From: Podarcis vaucheri
Taxonomy: Eukaryota
NCBI GenBank assembly: GCA_965113315.1
Contig: OZ220369.1
Direction: 5' to 3' (one strand)
Length of the DNA stretch: 64,000 nt
Below are positions 1 through 13,992 of the stretch, in pieces. Every line of letters starts with the position of its first letter. Within the stretch, counting starts at the first letter, position 1. A program made the translations under genes and the position numbers. The notes below the pieces were generated by a model that did no database searches, was not told the DNA's origin, and worked only from the letters and a program-made list of their open reading frames with translations.

Positions 1-1821
1 CTCCCACAATCAACCGAAGCAACCCAGGCCACAGGTATGCTGCATAGAGCAAGTGCACAATCCAGCAAGGCAATTCTGGGGGAGGAGCAATTCTTGTCAA
101 TCAAATCAAACTTTAAATATGATTTCCTCCCCCAAGGCGAGGGAGAAAACTTGGCAAACAGTTAAGGGATGGGCCAAGTAAAGTTGATCCAGATTATCTG
201 CTTGGATTCTGGTGCCACAGAGCATTCATCTCATTAACCAACATTCATTGCATCATTTATACCAAACAGGAAATTTCACCACTAAAAAGCCCTATAGCAA
301 CAGCTGCATACCGGGTTAGAGAGACTGCCCAGCCTCCTCTCTTCCCAGAGCACCACCAGTCAATATACTGTTTTGTGTGCACACAGAGACCCCCTTCCTG
401 GCCTTTCCCTTGCTTGGCTCAGGAGCGCAGCAGACAGCCAGACATTACAGTCACAGAAGAACGTCTAGGCTAGCTGTAATAATTGGATGCAGCTGCAACA
501 ATAATCTGGCCAGTAGTTTCACCAAAGCAGGCCCTTCATGTGCCACCGGCGCCTTCGCTGTTCAAACTGCCTTCAATTGCGCAGGGCGAGTTTTTCTTTT
601 TTAACGGCTCTCCCAGCTTCCTGCAGGAAGAATCAGGAATTCCATGTGAGGTTTCCCCCCTCACTTATAAAAGGACGATGTGTTGAGTTTGCAGCCAGGA
701 ATTCTTTGGCTATTTCCTCATCAGGTCACATGCCAACAAAAGGAGTGCCAATATACATTCATTCCCCTCCTCCTTGGAAGAGGGAATGTAGGCCTATCCC
801 CTTCCCCACTAAAATCAAATATGCACATAAAGATACTGACATCGAAATTGGTCTGTCCTTCATCACACGAACTGACTCTCTTGAAGCTGAAATATTTGCT
901 TTGAACTGGCATTACTTCAAGCCTGCTTGACGGTCTTGGAAAAATTCCAAGTGGCAACAACTCACACAAGATGCCCACGTATAAGAATGGCAACATTTCT
1001 TCCACTCCACCCACTTCCTTGAAATGGTCTCTAAAATTTCAGCTCTGGCAACTAAGAATCTGAAATATCTCTTCTCCCTCCCCAGCTGATTCTTTAAGAT
1101 GGGGTAGGGAACCTGGAGTCTAAATACTACAGACCTCCCTTTCTGGTCCTTGGGAGTCTCCACAGGCCACACCTTTCACTGGTCCTGCCTAAAACCACTA
1201 TCCTAGAGCAGTTTTGCCTGGCTTAAATGTGTCCTCGAACTTGGATAATGCCTCTTCCTTGCCTGGAGAGAGTAGGAACTAATGCCTCCCTGCTCCTATA
1301 TATGTTTTTCAAAAACCTGGAGGGACATTTTACCTGGTGGGGGAGTGATCCTTTTGGGTTCATAACAAGAGGGCACTCCTTTAAATGAATAATGGCTACT
1401 TCCTTATGACTGTCTTCAGCACTTTGAGTGTTCTGGGGTCCTTCCAATAAGATGCTCTGAGCACCCAGAAGATTGGCTCAGGTGTAGGAGATGGGTGGAG
1501 TACAAGATTTCTGAGGGATCTATGGGGACCATGGTTCCTTTTGCATTTCTTGCAGTGTGATGTAGAAAGACCAGCCAAGCAGCCAGCTGTGGCACTGAAC
1601 TATATTTACCTGATGATGGAACTCTGTATCCCCTAGCGACAATTTAGAAGGAAGGGGGTGAGAGAGAGGGAGAACAAGCCAAAGGCACGTCTGCTAATTT
1701 CAGTTTATTTGTGGGACTACAGTATGCCTGGTGAGCAAAGAATCCCAAGGCAAATTCAAGCAAACTCCCAAGCCCACGTGCACAGCAAAGGTTTGTTAGC
1801 TCAAGAGGCTCATCCTTTCGA

Positions 1822-1940
1822 GCAGCCCCAACCTGACACCTTCCAGATGTTTTGGACTACAACTCCACCAGCATGGCCATGTGATGCTGGGGCTGCTGGA
1901 AGTGGTAGTCCAAAATGCCTGGAGGACAACAATTTGGTTA
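1822..1940. mobile_element. Palindromic MITE, full copy
   Basis: ccttccagatgtttttggactacaactcc ... ggaagtggtagtccaaaatgcctggagg. Confidence 0.75.
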
Positions 1941-3207
1941 GGAGGTGGGGGCACTTTTAAGCCAAAGTTGGTTTCCTTCTGTAGCCAGCAGCTTTTCACA
2001 AAGCATTTCTTTAAAAGGAGGAGCTGGGACTTTGCCCACTGTTGCACCTGGGTCCCTGCCTTGTTAAATTGATCGCAGGGTTTGCTGTAGTAGCTCAGCC
2101 ATGGATGGAAGGCAGTCTACATGTTCAGAAGCACAGTGTTAATCCACATGTTTGGGGAATGTGGCTTGTAGCTACAAGCAGATTCCAGGACTGTGCTCTG
2201 GTGAGCCACTGAGCAAATTAATCCTACAAACTGATCTTAAGTAGGGCTGTCGAGCAATTAATGAATGGCAATTGATAACTCACAAGGCAGGTGGTATGAG
2301 GCTGCTTCCTATGTTCCTGACTCAGACCCTTGGGCCCATCTAGCACAGTACTGTCTACACTGACTGGCAGGGACTCTCCAGGGTTTCAGGTAGGAGATCC
2401 CAAAGTCTAAAATATTTGTACTGTATTGAGACAGCAGCAGTGGCATTTTAAAGCACACTATTAACAGGAAAAGACCACCTTCAATGTTTTCTTTTTCTCA
2501 TTTTTTATGACAGTGGCACACTGTACTCAAAATAGCCTCAGAAAATAGGTAAGTGGTTTTTTTAAGCTCTGCTAATTAAAATCTGTTCCCATGGATTCAT
2601 CAGCAAAAGATTTAGTTGATCTACTGATTAAATCAATTAAAGCTTGAAGCTCAAGTCTTAAACTATGGGTTGTGTTTCACAAACAAGGCATAAGAAGACT
2701 GTTGATGGTTAAACGGCACCAAGGATTACAGCAAAACTCCCTATTTTTCTTTCAGAAGGCAGAGCACCTCCATATATGGGGCTTGCTGGGCATGCAAAAG
2801 TATACAACACAGCCTGTATTTTGCTTATGGGCCTTGCCTCGTGCACCCCCCTCCACACCGCCCATTGGCAGACTTCAGCACCCTCCTTACCCCTATCTGC
2901 TAAACAACTGCACAACAGCTCCTCCAGGCAACAGCACAAACTGCTTGCACGGGCAAGCCACATCAGGAGGCTATTTGGATGGGTATTTTTAGGTCCCTTG
3001 TAATGCAACTTAGCAGCTGGAAGTAAGCAGCAAAGCAAAGCACTTTCTTCAAGACTTAATTTCTAAAATGTGAGGGGCCCAGACCCAATATTGGCCTAGA
3101 AGGCATTCTTCACTATTCCACCTTGGTGTGTGAGCAGCTTGAGGCTGCTCAGTGGTGAGAATTCACTCAGCACGTGCCCAGTAACACGTTCACTTCTTTA
3201 GAATGAA

Positions 3208-3765
3208 AGAACATAAGACCAGCCTGCTAGATCAGGCTCACCTAGTCCAGCTTTTCTCATAGTGGCCAACCAGATTCCTGTGAGAAACCCTCAAGCACAG
3301 CTCAGGCACAATGGAAGCATGGCTGCTTCCAACTGTGGAGGTAGAGCATAGGCATCGTGGCTAGTAGCCACTGATAGCCCTCCCCTCCATGAATTAGTCT
3401 AATCTTCTTTCAAAGTCATCCACATTGGTGGCCATCACTGCCTCCGGGGGGAGCAAGTTCCATAATTTGACTACAGTGGTAGCTCGGGTTAAATGCTTAA
3501 TTCATTCCGGAGGTCCGTTCTTAACGTGAAACTGTTCTTAACATGAAGCACCACTTTAGCTAATGGGGCCTCCCACTGCTGCCGCACCGGCAGAGCACGA
3601 TTTCTGTTCTCATCCTGAAGCAAAGTTCTTAACCTGAAGCACTATTTCTGGTTAGTGGAGTCTGTAACCTGAAGCGTATGTAACTTGAAGCGTATGTAAC
3701 CTGAGGTACCACTGTATATGCTGCATGAAGTACTTTCTTTGATCTGTCCTGAATCTTCCAGCATT
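3208..3765 (-). mobile_element. CR1-like LINE 3' fragment interrupted by the MITE
   Basis: Starts AGAACATAAGA (reverse of a CR1-type tail); sequence resumes across the MITE TA; similar pieces at ~3930-4150, 28330-28500, 47460-47665. Confidence 0.65.
3474..3714. mobile_element. Tc1/mariner-pogo-type MITE (241 bp)
   Basis: TIRs CAGTGGTAGCTCGGGTTA / TAACCTGAGGTACCACTG (16/18 match), TA on both sides (3472-73, 3715-16), internal 15-bp repeats. Confidence 0.9.
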
Positions 3766-6700
3766 AATTCACACACTCCAAGGCTAAGCCCATGGCAGTG
3801 GAAGCAGGCTTTGATTCAAACAACACCCCCTGATTTCCTAGGCCCATTCAGCGATCTTTGACTTGACCATGATGGGATTATTGGGGAAAGATGGGGGGGG
3901 GCAGTTTTGGCTAACACAGAACTATGATGTAAGGAGACACCTGCTGAGTCAGGCCAAAGGTCCATCTCAGCCCAGCATGCTGTTTCCAACAATAAGCAAC
4001 CAGAGGCATCTTGGGAGGCCACAAGCAGGTCAGGAGGAAAATAGGCTGATCCTCACAGTGTGTCCCAGGTTTCTGGTATTACTGGTAGGCTGCCTCTGCA
4101 CTTGGAAGTTCTAGTGAGCCATTATGGTTCTTGGCAGTTCATAAATGTACATCACCTTTTTTTTTTTTTTTGCTTTTTTTGTCAGTGACCTTACAATCTT
4201 ATCTGCTTCTTCTTTTTAAGGATAGTTATGGAGATTTTGCAGCAATCTTCCTCAAACTGGTACCCACTAGATGTCTTAAGACTACAACTCCCATCAACCC
4301 GAGCAAGGCATGGCTGATTTACAGGCACAAAGTTTTTCACAGGGAGGTGCTCCTCCGCAACCACAGCCAGGAGCATTAAAGTTATCCCAGTGCTGAGCTC
4401 TCTGTGATTATGCTAATTCAGAACTTAACACTGCACCTTCGCACAAGCACACACCCTCCTACGGAAGAAGCGGGATTTGTATAATTTATTTTAAAGCCCC
4501 TCCTTCACTCACGCTCGGCTAGGACTTATGAAACACAAGGGATTTACTTTATCTTTCCTCCTCCATTCAACCTCTTCCAGCCTAGATCCAGCAGTTCTGC
4601 CTGCACCAATCTTTGAGGGGAGGAAATTACATTTCTGTGGACATAGGGGGTAGCTGTGACACAAGGCTAAACCCTCAGCTCCAAACGTGCTCTAGACAAA
4701 AGCTGCCAGGCTAATCCCACCCAACTGCACTGCACTGGGCAATTCCTTTTATCTGCTTTGCTCATGACAGACTTCAAACTGATTTCATGTCAGGTCTCAG
4801 GCACCTTACAATCCTGCTTTCCTAAGAAGAAAAGCCTCTTCTCTTCTTGCAGATTGTGGTTAAAGGAAGGTGGCCTTGTCCCAACAGCCAGAGTTAGCAT
4901 TTCTGCAAGCGATGCAACAGAATTTCCTAGGGTGCACTGCAGAAAATTGCTCCCCGCAGCTGCCCAACCAGGCCATGCCTGGCAAAGTGCCTGGATTAAA
5001 CCTGCTCACCAAACTGACTGAAGCCCACCAGGCACAGATCAAGCCTTGCTAGATGCTAAGCAACCACCAGGCAACAATATCAGGAAGTTCCTGGAGCCCT
5101 ACAGTCTGGCATGGTCCATTTAAGGAGCATATTTCATCCACAGAAAATAAGGAAGCACAACACCACTGAAAGAAAGTTGCAGCTCCGATACAAGCTTCTC
5201 TTTCTGCCATTGGAAGGAATATCATCTCACACTGGTGGTGGCAAGCCCTTGTTCTAGCTCCTTTGGGGAGTAGTGGAAGAAAACTGGTCTATATATTACA
5301 CCAACCCATGTCCTGCAATCCTGGTTATAATACCATTCAGATAGAGTGTTTTCGGTGTCCTCAAATATGACATTTGGCACAAGCAAAGGCCACTTTAAGT
5401 GACAGGATTAGGGCCACTCCATCAACTCAGCTGTGAACTGCCACAGTTGGGCTTCCCACTTGCTCAAAACTCACCCTCTCACTGGCCATTCCTCCTGGTT
5501 GCCCAACATTTACTTTTTTTTGAAGAATTTGTACCTAAAATTGCTCATTCTCCTGCACTAGATGCTACACTGAAGAGTGGCCCTCACTTCAGCCATCCCA
5601 GGGAGTGGTGGATCCTTCCCACTGCCATGCCTTCATCTATTCCTCAAACTGAAACCCTGCCTGGCCTTCTGATTGGCTGGGAGACCCCTGTGTAAGCTTC
5701 CCACCTTTGCAGCTCATCCAGTCCTTGGGCATTCTGCTTGCAATCTTCCATCTGCACTTCAGGCCTCTCCTGGGTCTCCCACCTGATTAAGAGCCCCCTC
5801 TGATGCTTCATCTGGGTTGGCACTCAGCTGAGCTAAACCCTGGGCTTGTTTCCTTAAGGTTAATTTTCTTTTAAACATGTACCAAGTGCATTCCTCTTGC
5901 CACTAAGTAACTTGCTTTAACAGACTGGAGATTTTGGAACAGAGCTTCGAGGCAAAATATGTCAAATTTGAGCCCTGGGCACCCAATTGTACGTACAACA
6001 TACACTCTTCTATCTCCTTTTCCTTTTCTTAAGGAAAATAACCTCTGTTGCCAGCCTTCAGCTCATGAGTCACCTGCTCATTCTTAGTCTCTGAAACTGT
6101 GTTGCCTCAAATTTCGGGAAACTATGTAAGTGGACATAAATGACTAGTTTGTTGTCGGGAACCGAAAGCGCCCTGGTGATGCCAACCTCAGATAAAGCGG
6201 GTATTTTGCAGAGCTGCTAAGTAAACAGCCTCTTGGCTTGCCATGCCAAACACTACAGTGCTCACAGCTGCTGCCCATTCTGGGGTGCACCCTGCAGGAA
6301 ACACAACTCTCCCTCCCTACTCTGCTTGGCAAACTCAGCTGCTGATTGATTTCTACAACAGGAAGGTGTGGCAAGCAATGGGAGCTGATGAAGCATCCTT
6401 TTATGTTGTTTACCAAAGGGTCAAATCAGATACGCACACATTTCCCCAAACACAAGGCCAACTTGCCTTCCAGCACAGGGCAGCTTGAGAGCTGTTAAGA
6501 AGGCAAACACGAATGCCCACCCATCTAAAGCAGCCTTTGCCAACCTGGTCAGACTACATCTCCCATCAGCCTCAGCTACCACAAAGGCTGCTCTAAAGTG
6601 CTGAAATGCTAGCAATCATCAACCAGTGGACAGGTGCTTGGCTCATACCCTCCAGTTACTGAATCTGCATCTGCCTTCTCTCAATTTGGGGCATTCTGTG

Positions 6701-7575
6701 CTCTGAACTCTATGGGGAATGGCCCTGTTATATGATCTGGTGGTCCTTCCAGGATTCCCACTCCTCCTTTTCACTCTTCCCAGCTGTGCATGAGTGCTAA
6801 CTGTGGTTAGCCATTGGAGAAACATTCAACACATAAGCAGAAGCAATCTTGCTTATTGCTACTTCACATGTTGCAGGGCTGAACTTTGCACTGCAAACAA
6901 GTCCTGGGAGAAGACTCTAGCCTGGGTACCTGCTCCCTCTTTGTGGGGCACTAGTGGTTTGGACTGGGTACACTGCTCTGCCATGGGGATAGGCCTGTCT
7001 TTCCATCACTGATAATGACCTAGAGCTTTCTGCCTTGGCATTATTTGCTTCCTTGCACTGGCAAAGAAACATTGATGAGGAACTACTGGCTTCCTATACT
7101 GATGCAGCCAGAAGAAGAATCCGAGGCAAAACTGCACAGCATCCCTTTCACAACAGCCTTTCCCCCAAATAGGACATTCTGGGCCTGGAAAACTTATTAG
7201 CACAAGTTTGATCAGAAGGGGAAACCCTGTTGATTGTGGTGCTGCCCGGCTCATGTTTCTCTGTAACAAGGCCTCCTTGGTGGTGGATCCCCATTTTTAG
7301 AATGGCCTCCCTAGTAAGGTGTATTCAATTAACATTCAGGAGACATTTACTGACTGAAAAGGTGCTCTTCCCAGCAACTTTGTAATTATTTGCTGTGAGG
7401 ATATGCAGCTGTTTTAAAATGTTTTTAGGTGGCCTTAATGTTTATAAAGAGGTTGCTTACTGCCCTGGGCTCCTTTCAGAGCAAGGGTTGGGCAGAAAAT
7501 TAATTAACAAATAAGCAAACGGGAGAAACTGAGTTCAGCATCAATTCCCAAGGGAGCCAGATTGCACCTCATCCT

Positions 7576-7604
7576 GAGAGAGAGAGAGAGGTAGAGAGAG
7601 AGAG
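7576..7604. repeat. Interrupted (GA)n microsatellite
   Basis: Direct reading. Confidence 0.9.
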
Positions 7605-10600
7605 CGCAAACTGCAAGACTGACCTCCCACCAAAAGGCCAAGGTCATGGTTAATCAGGGTTTCCCCCCCTGTCTTTCACAGAACGAACAATGGTAAGATT
7701 CTTTGGCCAATGCTGCTTTTGGCAAGCGGAGGCTGTCTGGGTTCCTGCTGGCTTCTCTTCCAAAGCACTTTTATTCCTTGAGTAAGAAGGGTGTTGCCTG
7801 ACACAACACATTAAGACTTCTTACTGGAGCTGGAGAACATCTCTGCTTGCACACAGATCTATTTGCAGCACCTGCACATTCACACATTAGGAAGGGGCCT
7901 GCCACCCTCAGCGCCATCCCCTTGTTACTTATGTGCACGGTGCCTAGGTGTATGCTGGCAAGAAGGGGGAGGAACCATAAGCAAACATTTAAATACAAGG
8001 AGTCTAAATATAAAGTGACTTAATTAATTCAGTCTGATTTGATTAAAGTTTAAGCTAAAAAAATTAAACCTTGCTGATAATTCCAGTGCCTCTGCACTCA
8101 TTGGCCAAGGCATTGGAAGGGATTTGAGAGCAAGCTAACTTCTTCCTGAACAACCAGAGAAGAACACAGATGGATTGCATTATACACCTCCCTTTCAGAA
8201 GCAGGCACACCAAACCCTTTTGCCTCCTCTCTTTTTTTCCATGAGAGCATTAAGCGGAGATGCCTGAGGCACCCCCCAAAAAAACTTCAGGGGCCCCAGG
8301 GCCCCAGAGCCCTTCCCTTACCCCCCAATTCAACTGGCTTCCAAGAACAGCAACTATTTCACATGGGAGAGCCCCAACTCAACCACAGTTTTAACTCTGC
8401 AGTCAATTACATTGATTAATGCCTAATTCATTTCAGTCTTCTGTTATAAAGCACTATTAACATGCAAGGCACATCTTGTTTGTCCTCTCACTTCCATTTT
8501 GCAGATGGAGAAGACCAGGGGCCCTTTTTTTTGCATGGAATCCCCCCGCCACACACACAGAGCCTTCCTTTTCTTGAGCTCACTGGGTCAGGTAACTGGA
8601 AAACAACAACAGATCATTTCTTCACCCTTATATACACCTCTACAGGCACCACCCATAGAAGCAGGGCAGGTAGGTTGCATGCAAACCTTGATCTTGGCAG
8701 CATTTCCACTGCTAGAAGAAATACATCATCACCACCTTGCCACCCCTGGAAAAGCCTGACATCTATTGTTAGGATAGATGAATAGGTAGAAATGTGCATA
8801 TTCTATGTTATTTTATAAGGAAAAAAAAGGCTTTGATAAGAGAAGAGCAGCAAGAGTGGGGTATTTTGAGTGAGGGGCAGTACAGGATGTCCATTCAACC
8901 AAGAACAAAGGTGCATAGGTTAGTGCCTGCTTAATGAGGCACTATGTTGGAAAGTCATGAATGGGAGGCACAGGTAGGAATCAACTATGCAAAGCACCTG
9001 GAGGAAAGAAAAACACCCCACGGGCTGAGCACTAGATGCTGGTCCAAGGCCACCCAGCCAAATGGGTGTCTCTCTGGCCCAGATGCTGTTGCTCTCTAAT
9101 CACTGGATAGAACTGCCCACAGCCCCAGTTCTAACACTGCCCCCTGGAGGTGCTGGTGCCATGACTTAAAGAAGGTTAGGCAGCTGGGGAAGAGGAAGCA
9201 TTCTGCTGGGTGATGCTGGCCCTCAAAACAGCAAGGCAGTGGCAGCAACAGCAACAGCAACAATTTAAGTGGGCCTGGAAAGCATCCAACAAGGAAAACA
9301 AAATAGCTACCCTGTTCACCTCCCTCCCACCCCTTCCTCACCCCCAGCTGTTCAGAGCTGGACTGGAAGGAGCCAATGCACATCAGAGAAGGGTTAAAAA
9401 TATTGCCAGCTGGGCCATCCGATCTGGCAAGGCAGAGGAATGAGCAAGGGTGGATTTATCAGCATCACAGCATCCATAAAGACACCAGGATTACAGAGGA
9501 GACGATTCCTCCTCCTGCTACCCAGCAGGGCCAATACAGCCACACAGAGAAACTAGGATTTCAAGTTACAGGCATAAAAATGTCAACCACGGGTTCAGAT
9601 CCCTACTATGCCATGAAACTCACTGCCTAACCTATTTCAAAGTGTCTTGCATGGCCACCATAAGGTTTAGGTATGTGCAATGCTTCACACACCCTCAAGC
9701 ATCCTTTCCCAACTTCAGCCACTTTGGACTACAGCTGTGCTGGGGGGCACCAGGTTGATAGGGCTACTTTAAAGGACTACCTTATGTTAATTGAAACGAT
9801 GGCCTGCTGCATTCTGCACAATTGCTCTGACAAAGTCAGCCTTGGTACTCTATGGCCAAAATCGGCATCCAAAGAATGTCAACTTTTATGAAACCTCCTT
9901 TTTTAAAAAAAAGCCCTGGCAACTGTGAGGATAAGTGCAGGGCAGTACCCAGGGCTAACCCAACCACAGAAGCAACCATCCAAAGCATTTTGGAAAGGTC
10001 CACCCCCACATCATCTTCAACACTGGAAAAGCACTTGTTTTGGGTGCAGGATGTAGATAATTTCCCTTAAGACATCAGCACAGATCGACCTTTAGATTTA
10101 GGGGGCAGGGGAGAGGAAGGAAGGGATGGAGAAAGCTGCAAAATAATTATTCTCCTAGGCACATCTAAGTTGCAAGGTGTTAGAAAGGTGGGGAGATGAT
10201 AGGTTCGGAAGTGTTAATTCAGCAGTAAATTCCCTTCCATTCAAGTGTAACTAAATCCTATATGAAAGGTAAAGATCATTTACAAGAGGGAAAAGGATCA
10301 CCACTCCTAGCTTTGTGGACAAGGAAGTCTGGGGTAATGACTGGTGAACTAGTGGGCATTTGCAACCCTCTTAAAGCACAGGAAAGCCTCACCTCACACC
10401 AGGGTTTGCACATTTGATCACAGAGGCAAAGGAAGGCTTTGTGTGCAGACCAGACTAGCCTCACTCATGGTCCGTTTCAGGCTGGAATGATGGGTTATTC
10501 TGTCCTACATCACCATTTGTGCCTTTTTGTTTCTTAACACACAGGAGCCCCTATCTGCCTCTTTTGCATAAAAACTGAAAAGCACAAACCATTCAGAATA

Positions 10601-11567
10601 AAACAACCACCACTCAGCCTGCAAAGGTGATGATGTTGGTGTGTGTGATGGATCTAGCCTTTCTTCCTTCTCCCTCATGGCCGCCCCCACAAAACGGCTC
10701 TATTGTTAACCGAACTCCCGTTCTGCCAAGAGCACGCAGGTGCTTTTCAGCTTTTGGGTGGATGAAACCACCTGGAAAATCTGCATTCAATTTCATCCCC
10801 CTTCTGGCCACAGCGCCTTTGTTCCTGCAGTTATTATACAAAGCTGGCAAAGAATGGCAGCCAGACAGACAGCAAAAAGGAGAGAGGAGGACTTGGGGGC
10901 GGGGGAGAGGAGGAGGAGGCTATGGTTCTTTTAGGGTTGCCAATATGCAAAATCCCATTTCCAACAGGGCACTGGCTTCTTTTCTCCCCCAAAACAAAAA
11001 AGGCCATTGTAGGGAAAAGGAGCTCATGAACAGGAAATCCTTAAATGTATTGTCATCATTGCCACTAATACATTTCTTGAATCCCACCACTAGCCAGACC
11101 ACAGGGGCAGCTTGGGCCCCTTCCGGTGGGGTTACAATCTGCACAAAGCAGGTGACACTGAGGCGGGGGGGGGGAGGATAAGGGACAAGTGCAGGGCTCA
11201 GTTTCAGTGCCAAGACTCCGCAACATACAAGGGTGAGGTATTCATCCACTGAAATGGATTTTGGCTAGCAAACAGGCTGGAAGGGAGAGTACCTCTGAGC
11301 ATCTGCAGAGTTTCTTTCAGTCATAGGTATTTATTTCTTGGGCTATGAAGCAGGCTGATTAACAGGCCTTGTTAGATGGAGCAAGAGAGATGAATCTGAA
11401 GGTGAAAAGTGAAGGTGTGTGCTTGTTTTTGCTATAGTTTGAGTATTTCATTATCTTGGAAATTTTCTGAAATGTTTTGCTGGTTCTTATTGTTCTCATG
11501 ATCCCACTCATGCCATGCTGGCAAATATACATAAGTAAAGGGTGGGATTAAAAATATATTTTAAATT

Positions 11568-11696
11568 GGCCTTCCCCACCCTAGTGCCTTCCAGATGTTT
11601 GGGACTACAATTCCCATCAGTGCCAGCCAGCATAGGGAATTCTGATAGGAACTATAATTCAAAACATCTGGAGGGCACCAGGTGGGTGAAAGCTGC
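11568..11696. mobile_element. Palindromic MITE, full copy
   Basis: gtgccttccagatgtttgggactacaattcccatcag ... aaaacatctggagggcac. Confidence 0.8.
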
Positions 11697-13844
11697 TTTT
11701 AGGAAATAAGCAAGCCTCTCTCTTAGTAACGATTGGAGTCTCTTTGGCATCCTGTACGGTGCCTGGCACATTCCTGAGGCTTATTAAGCACCAGACAACC
11801 ATATTTCTGGGTGTGTAGCAGCAAGTGTGGAATTACATTGGCATACGTGTAAGTGCGGAGGGGGGCAACTGAAGATGAACATCAGCCTTGCATGAAGTCC
11901 TTTCTGGGTCTGGCTGGATGCTTTAATGTATTTCCTGGTAACCAGTCATAGTCCCATCCCCCTACGCTGCGCATGGTAATTTGCACTCTTAATCAAATAA
12001 TTGGAGTGATTAGGCAATGGATGGTTTGACTGCAGATTAAAAACAGAGCTCCAATAGACAGGAACCAGCCATCTGGTCTCTCTGTGTGTCTCTTTGCTAC
12101 CTCTCAATGACTCTTCAGAAGCTTCTGCTGGGGAACACCAAGGCAGCTCTGCTTGCAGGCGTCCATCCCAGTGTTAACCTACCCTCCTCCATAACTTTCT
12201 ACCTACAGGGTTCAGGTTTTAAGGTCTGCACAAGCCACAAGCCCTGTCTCCTCCATAGCATCCCACCGACTGTGATCTTCATCACAGACCAAGCACACCT
12301 TTTTGACCGCACCAACCAAGTTCAGACAGCAGAAGCAGTGATAGAAACTGAAATACTGTATGAAAGCTAGGAGCTAAATGGCACCTTAAACCTAGGTTAT
12401 GGATGCAACAACGGAATGCCTAGGTGTGCTTTTTTATAACAAGAATACAAAGCTGAAAATGAATGAACTGCAGCTAAAATATTATGTTCATTTTTCACAT
12501 GGTTTAGTCCTTCCCCTGCCCACCCCCCTAACATTCTTAAGAGGGTCTCTTCTCCAGTCTTCAGAGAGTAGCTGGAAGTGAGGAGGCAGAAAAAGGTCGT
12601 CCTTTCCTTCCACTCTGCAGTTTTAATCTGAAATTTTAGGTGTAGTACTACACCCAGAGCTCAGAAACTGCTCACGCTAATGAAATTCCCTGTGACAAAA
12701 TGCGCCTAGAACAATGGGAGTTTCAAATACTGAGCAGAAGCACTCACCAGGGACATCCGTCCCTCTCTCACAAAACTCACCAAGAGTCCAAGCCTGAGCA
12801 CTTTCCATGAATCATATCAACACTATTTGGCCTGGGGTGGATTTGGTGAGCTGAGATTAAGTCAGCAGCAACCCATCTCTGCCCCTATCTCATTAGCCGG
12901 CATTAAGCAAGGCATAATTCTCCCCTTCCTCTCTGCTCCACATCTGCAACATGGGGCAGTAACAAAGGCTTATATTCCTGTGACATAATTTTTTTTCTTA
13001 CCACTTTTAATACTGAATTCCAAATTGTTGCAATTGTTGGTGAAGGGCAGATAATTCTAATATACTAGCACTAATTATACCACTGGACTGGTTTAAAGAT
13101 TACAGAGATAATGTGCTTTGAAAATACAAAAAGTGTTGTATAAATGCTATTACTAATTCAGTATTGGCAGTTTTCATTTGAGAAGCAATTTTACTCTGGA
13201 GTTATTGGCTGCAAGTCTTTGCAACAGATGTGACTTGTCTAAGCTGCCAAACAAAACCAAAACTGAATTTGATGCTCTCCAGATCTGGTGAGTCCCAGGG
13301 ACATTCATGACTCTTTCCCCTAGCAAAGATCCCCCTTCATGCCATCACTTCACCTGAGGCATCACAAACATGAAAGCATACGAAAGGCTGTGCCAGCAGC
13401 AGCCTTCTTGTTCTGTGTCCTGGCTGTTCTTGTCGTGAGTGAGCCGCCCAGGGACGAAGGCCATGTAGAAAAGGACAAGTATTGCCCTTTCAGGGACCTA
13501 ATCAAGTATATTGGTTCAGGCTGTAAATACTTCCAGGTGAGGCCTGACCTATTGCACCTGAGCAAGAACCAGGCTCTGAACTTCTGGGTTTGTCTCCCTG
13601 CCATCCCCCACTGCTGCCCTTCTGCCTGCACACACATTCCAGTCCTTCCCCTTTGGACTAACTTTGGAGAGCAATTGGCTTTGCCTTTGGCTCTCCAGTG
13701 AATCTGTCCCAGTGTTTTCTCCAAGTCTGGCCCCAAACCTATGAGGACTTGCAATAGGTGCTACACAGTCAAGTGCTACAGATGCTCAGCTGCCCACAGT
13801 CAAGTGCTAACAGTTGGGGATAGGAGAGATCAATGAGCAATTGG

Positions 13845-13992
13845 GAGGATCAGCACAGTGTAGTGGTCAGAGTGCTGGAGACTAGAATTCAAATCCCTGC
13901 TGCGTCATAAAAGTCACAGGGTGACCTTGAGCAAGTGACCAGCACTCAGCCTGGCCTACTTCACAGAAGAAGCTTGGAGGATAAAATAAGGA
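13845..13992 (+). mobile_element. MIR/Squam2-like SINE
   Basis: A box agtgtagtggtcagagtg, B box aattcaaatccc, CORE-like gggtgaccttgagcaagt. Confidence 0.6.

Noticed and set aside
3660-3705. Short regularly spaced repeats (also 26217, 45080) as a CRISPR-like array
   Set aside because: Only 2-3 units, no unique spacers, vertebrate context, inside transposons or simple duplications
4507-4620. Donor-like AGC|GTGAGT with an upstream ATG
   Set aside because: The ATG frame stops after five codons (MEEER*); no other support
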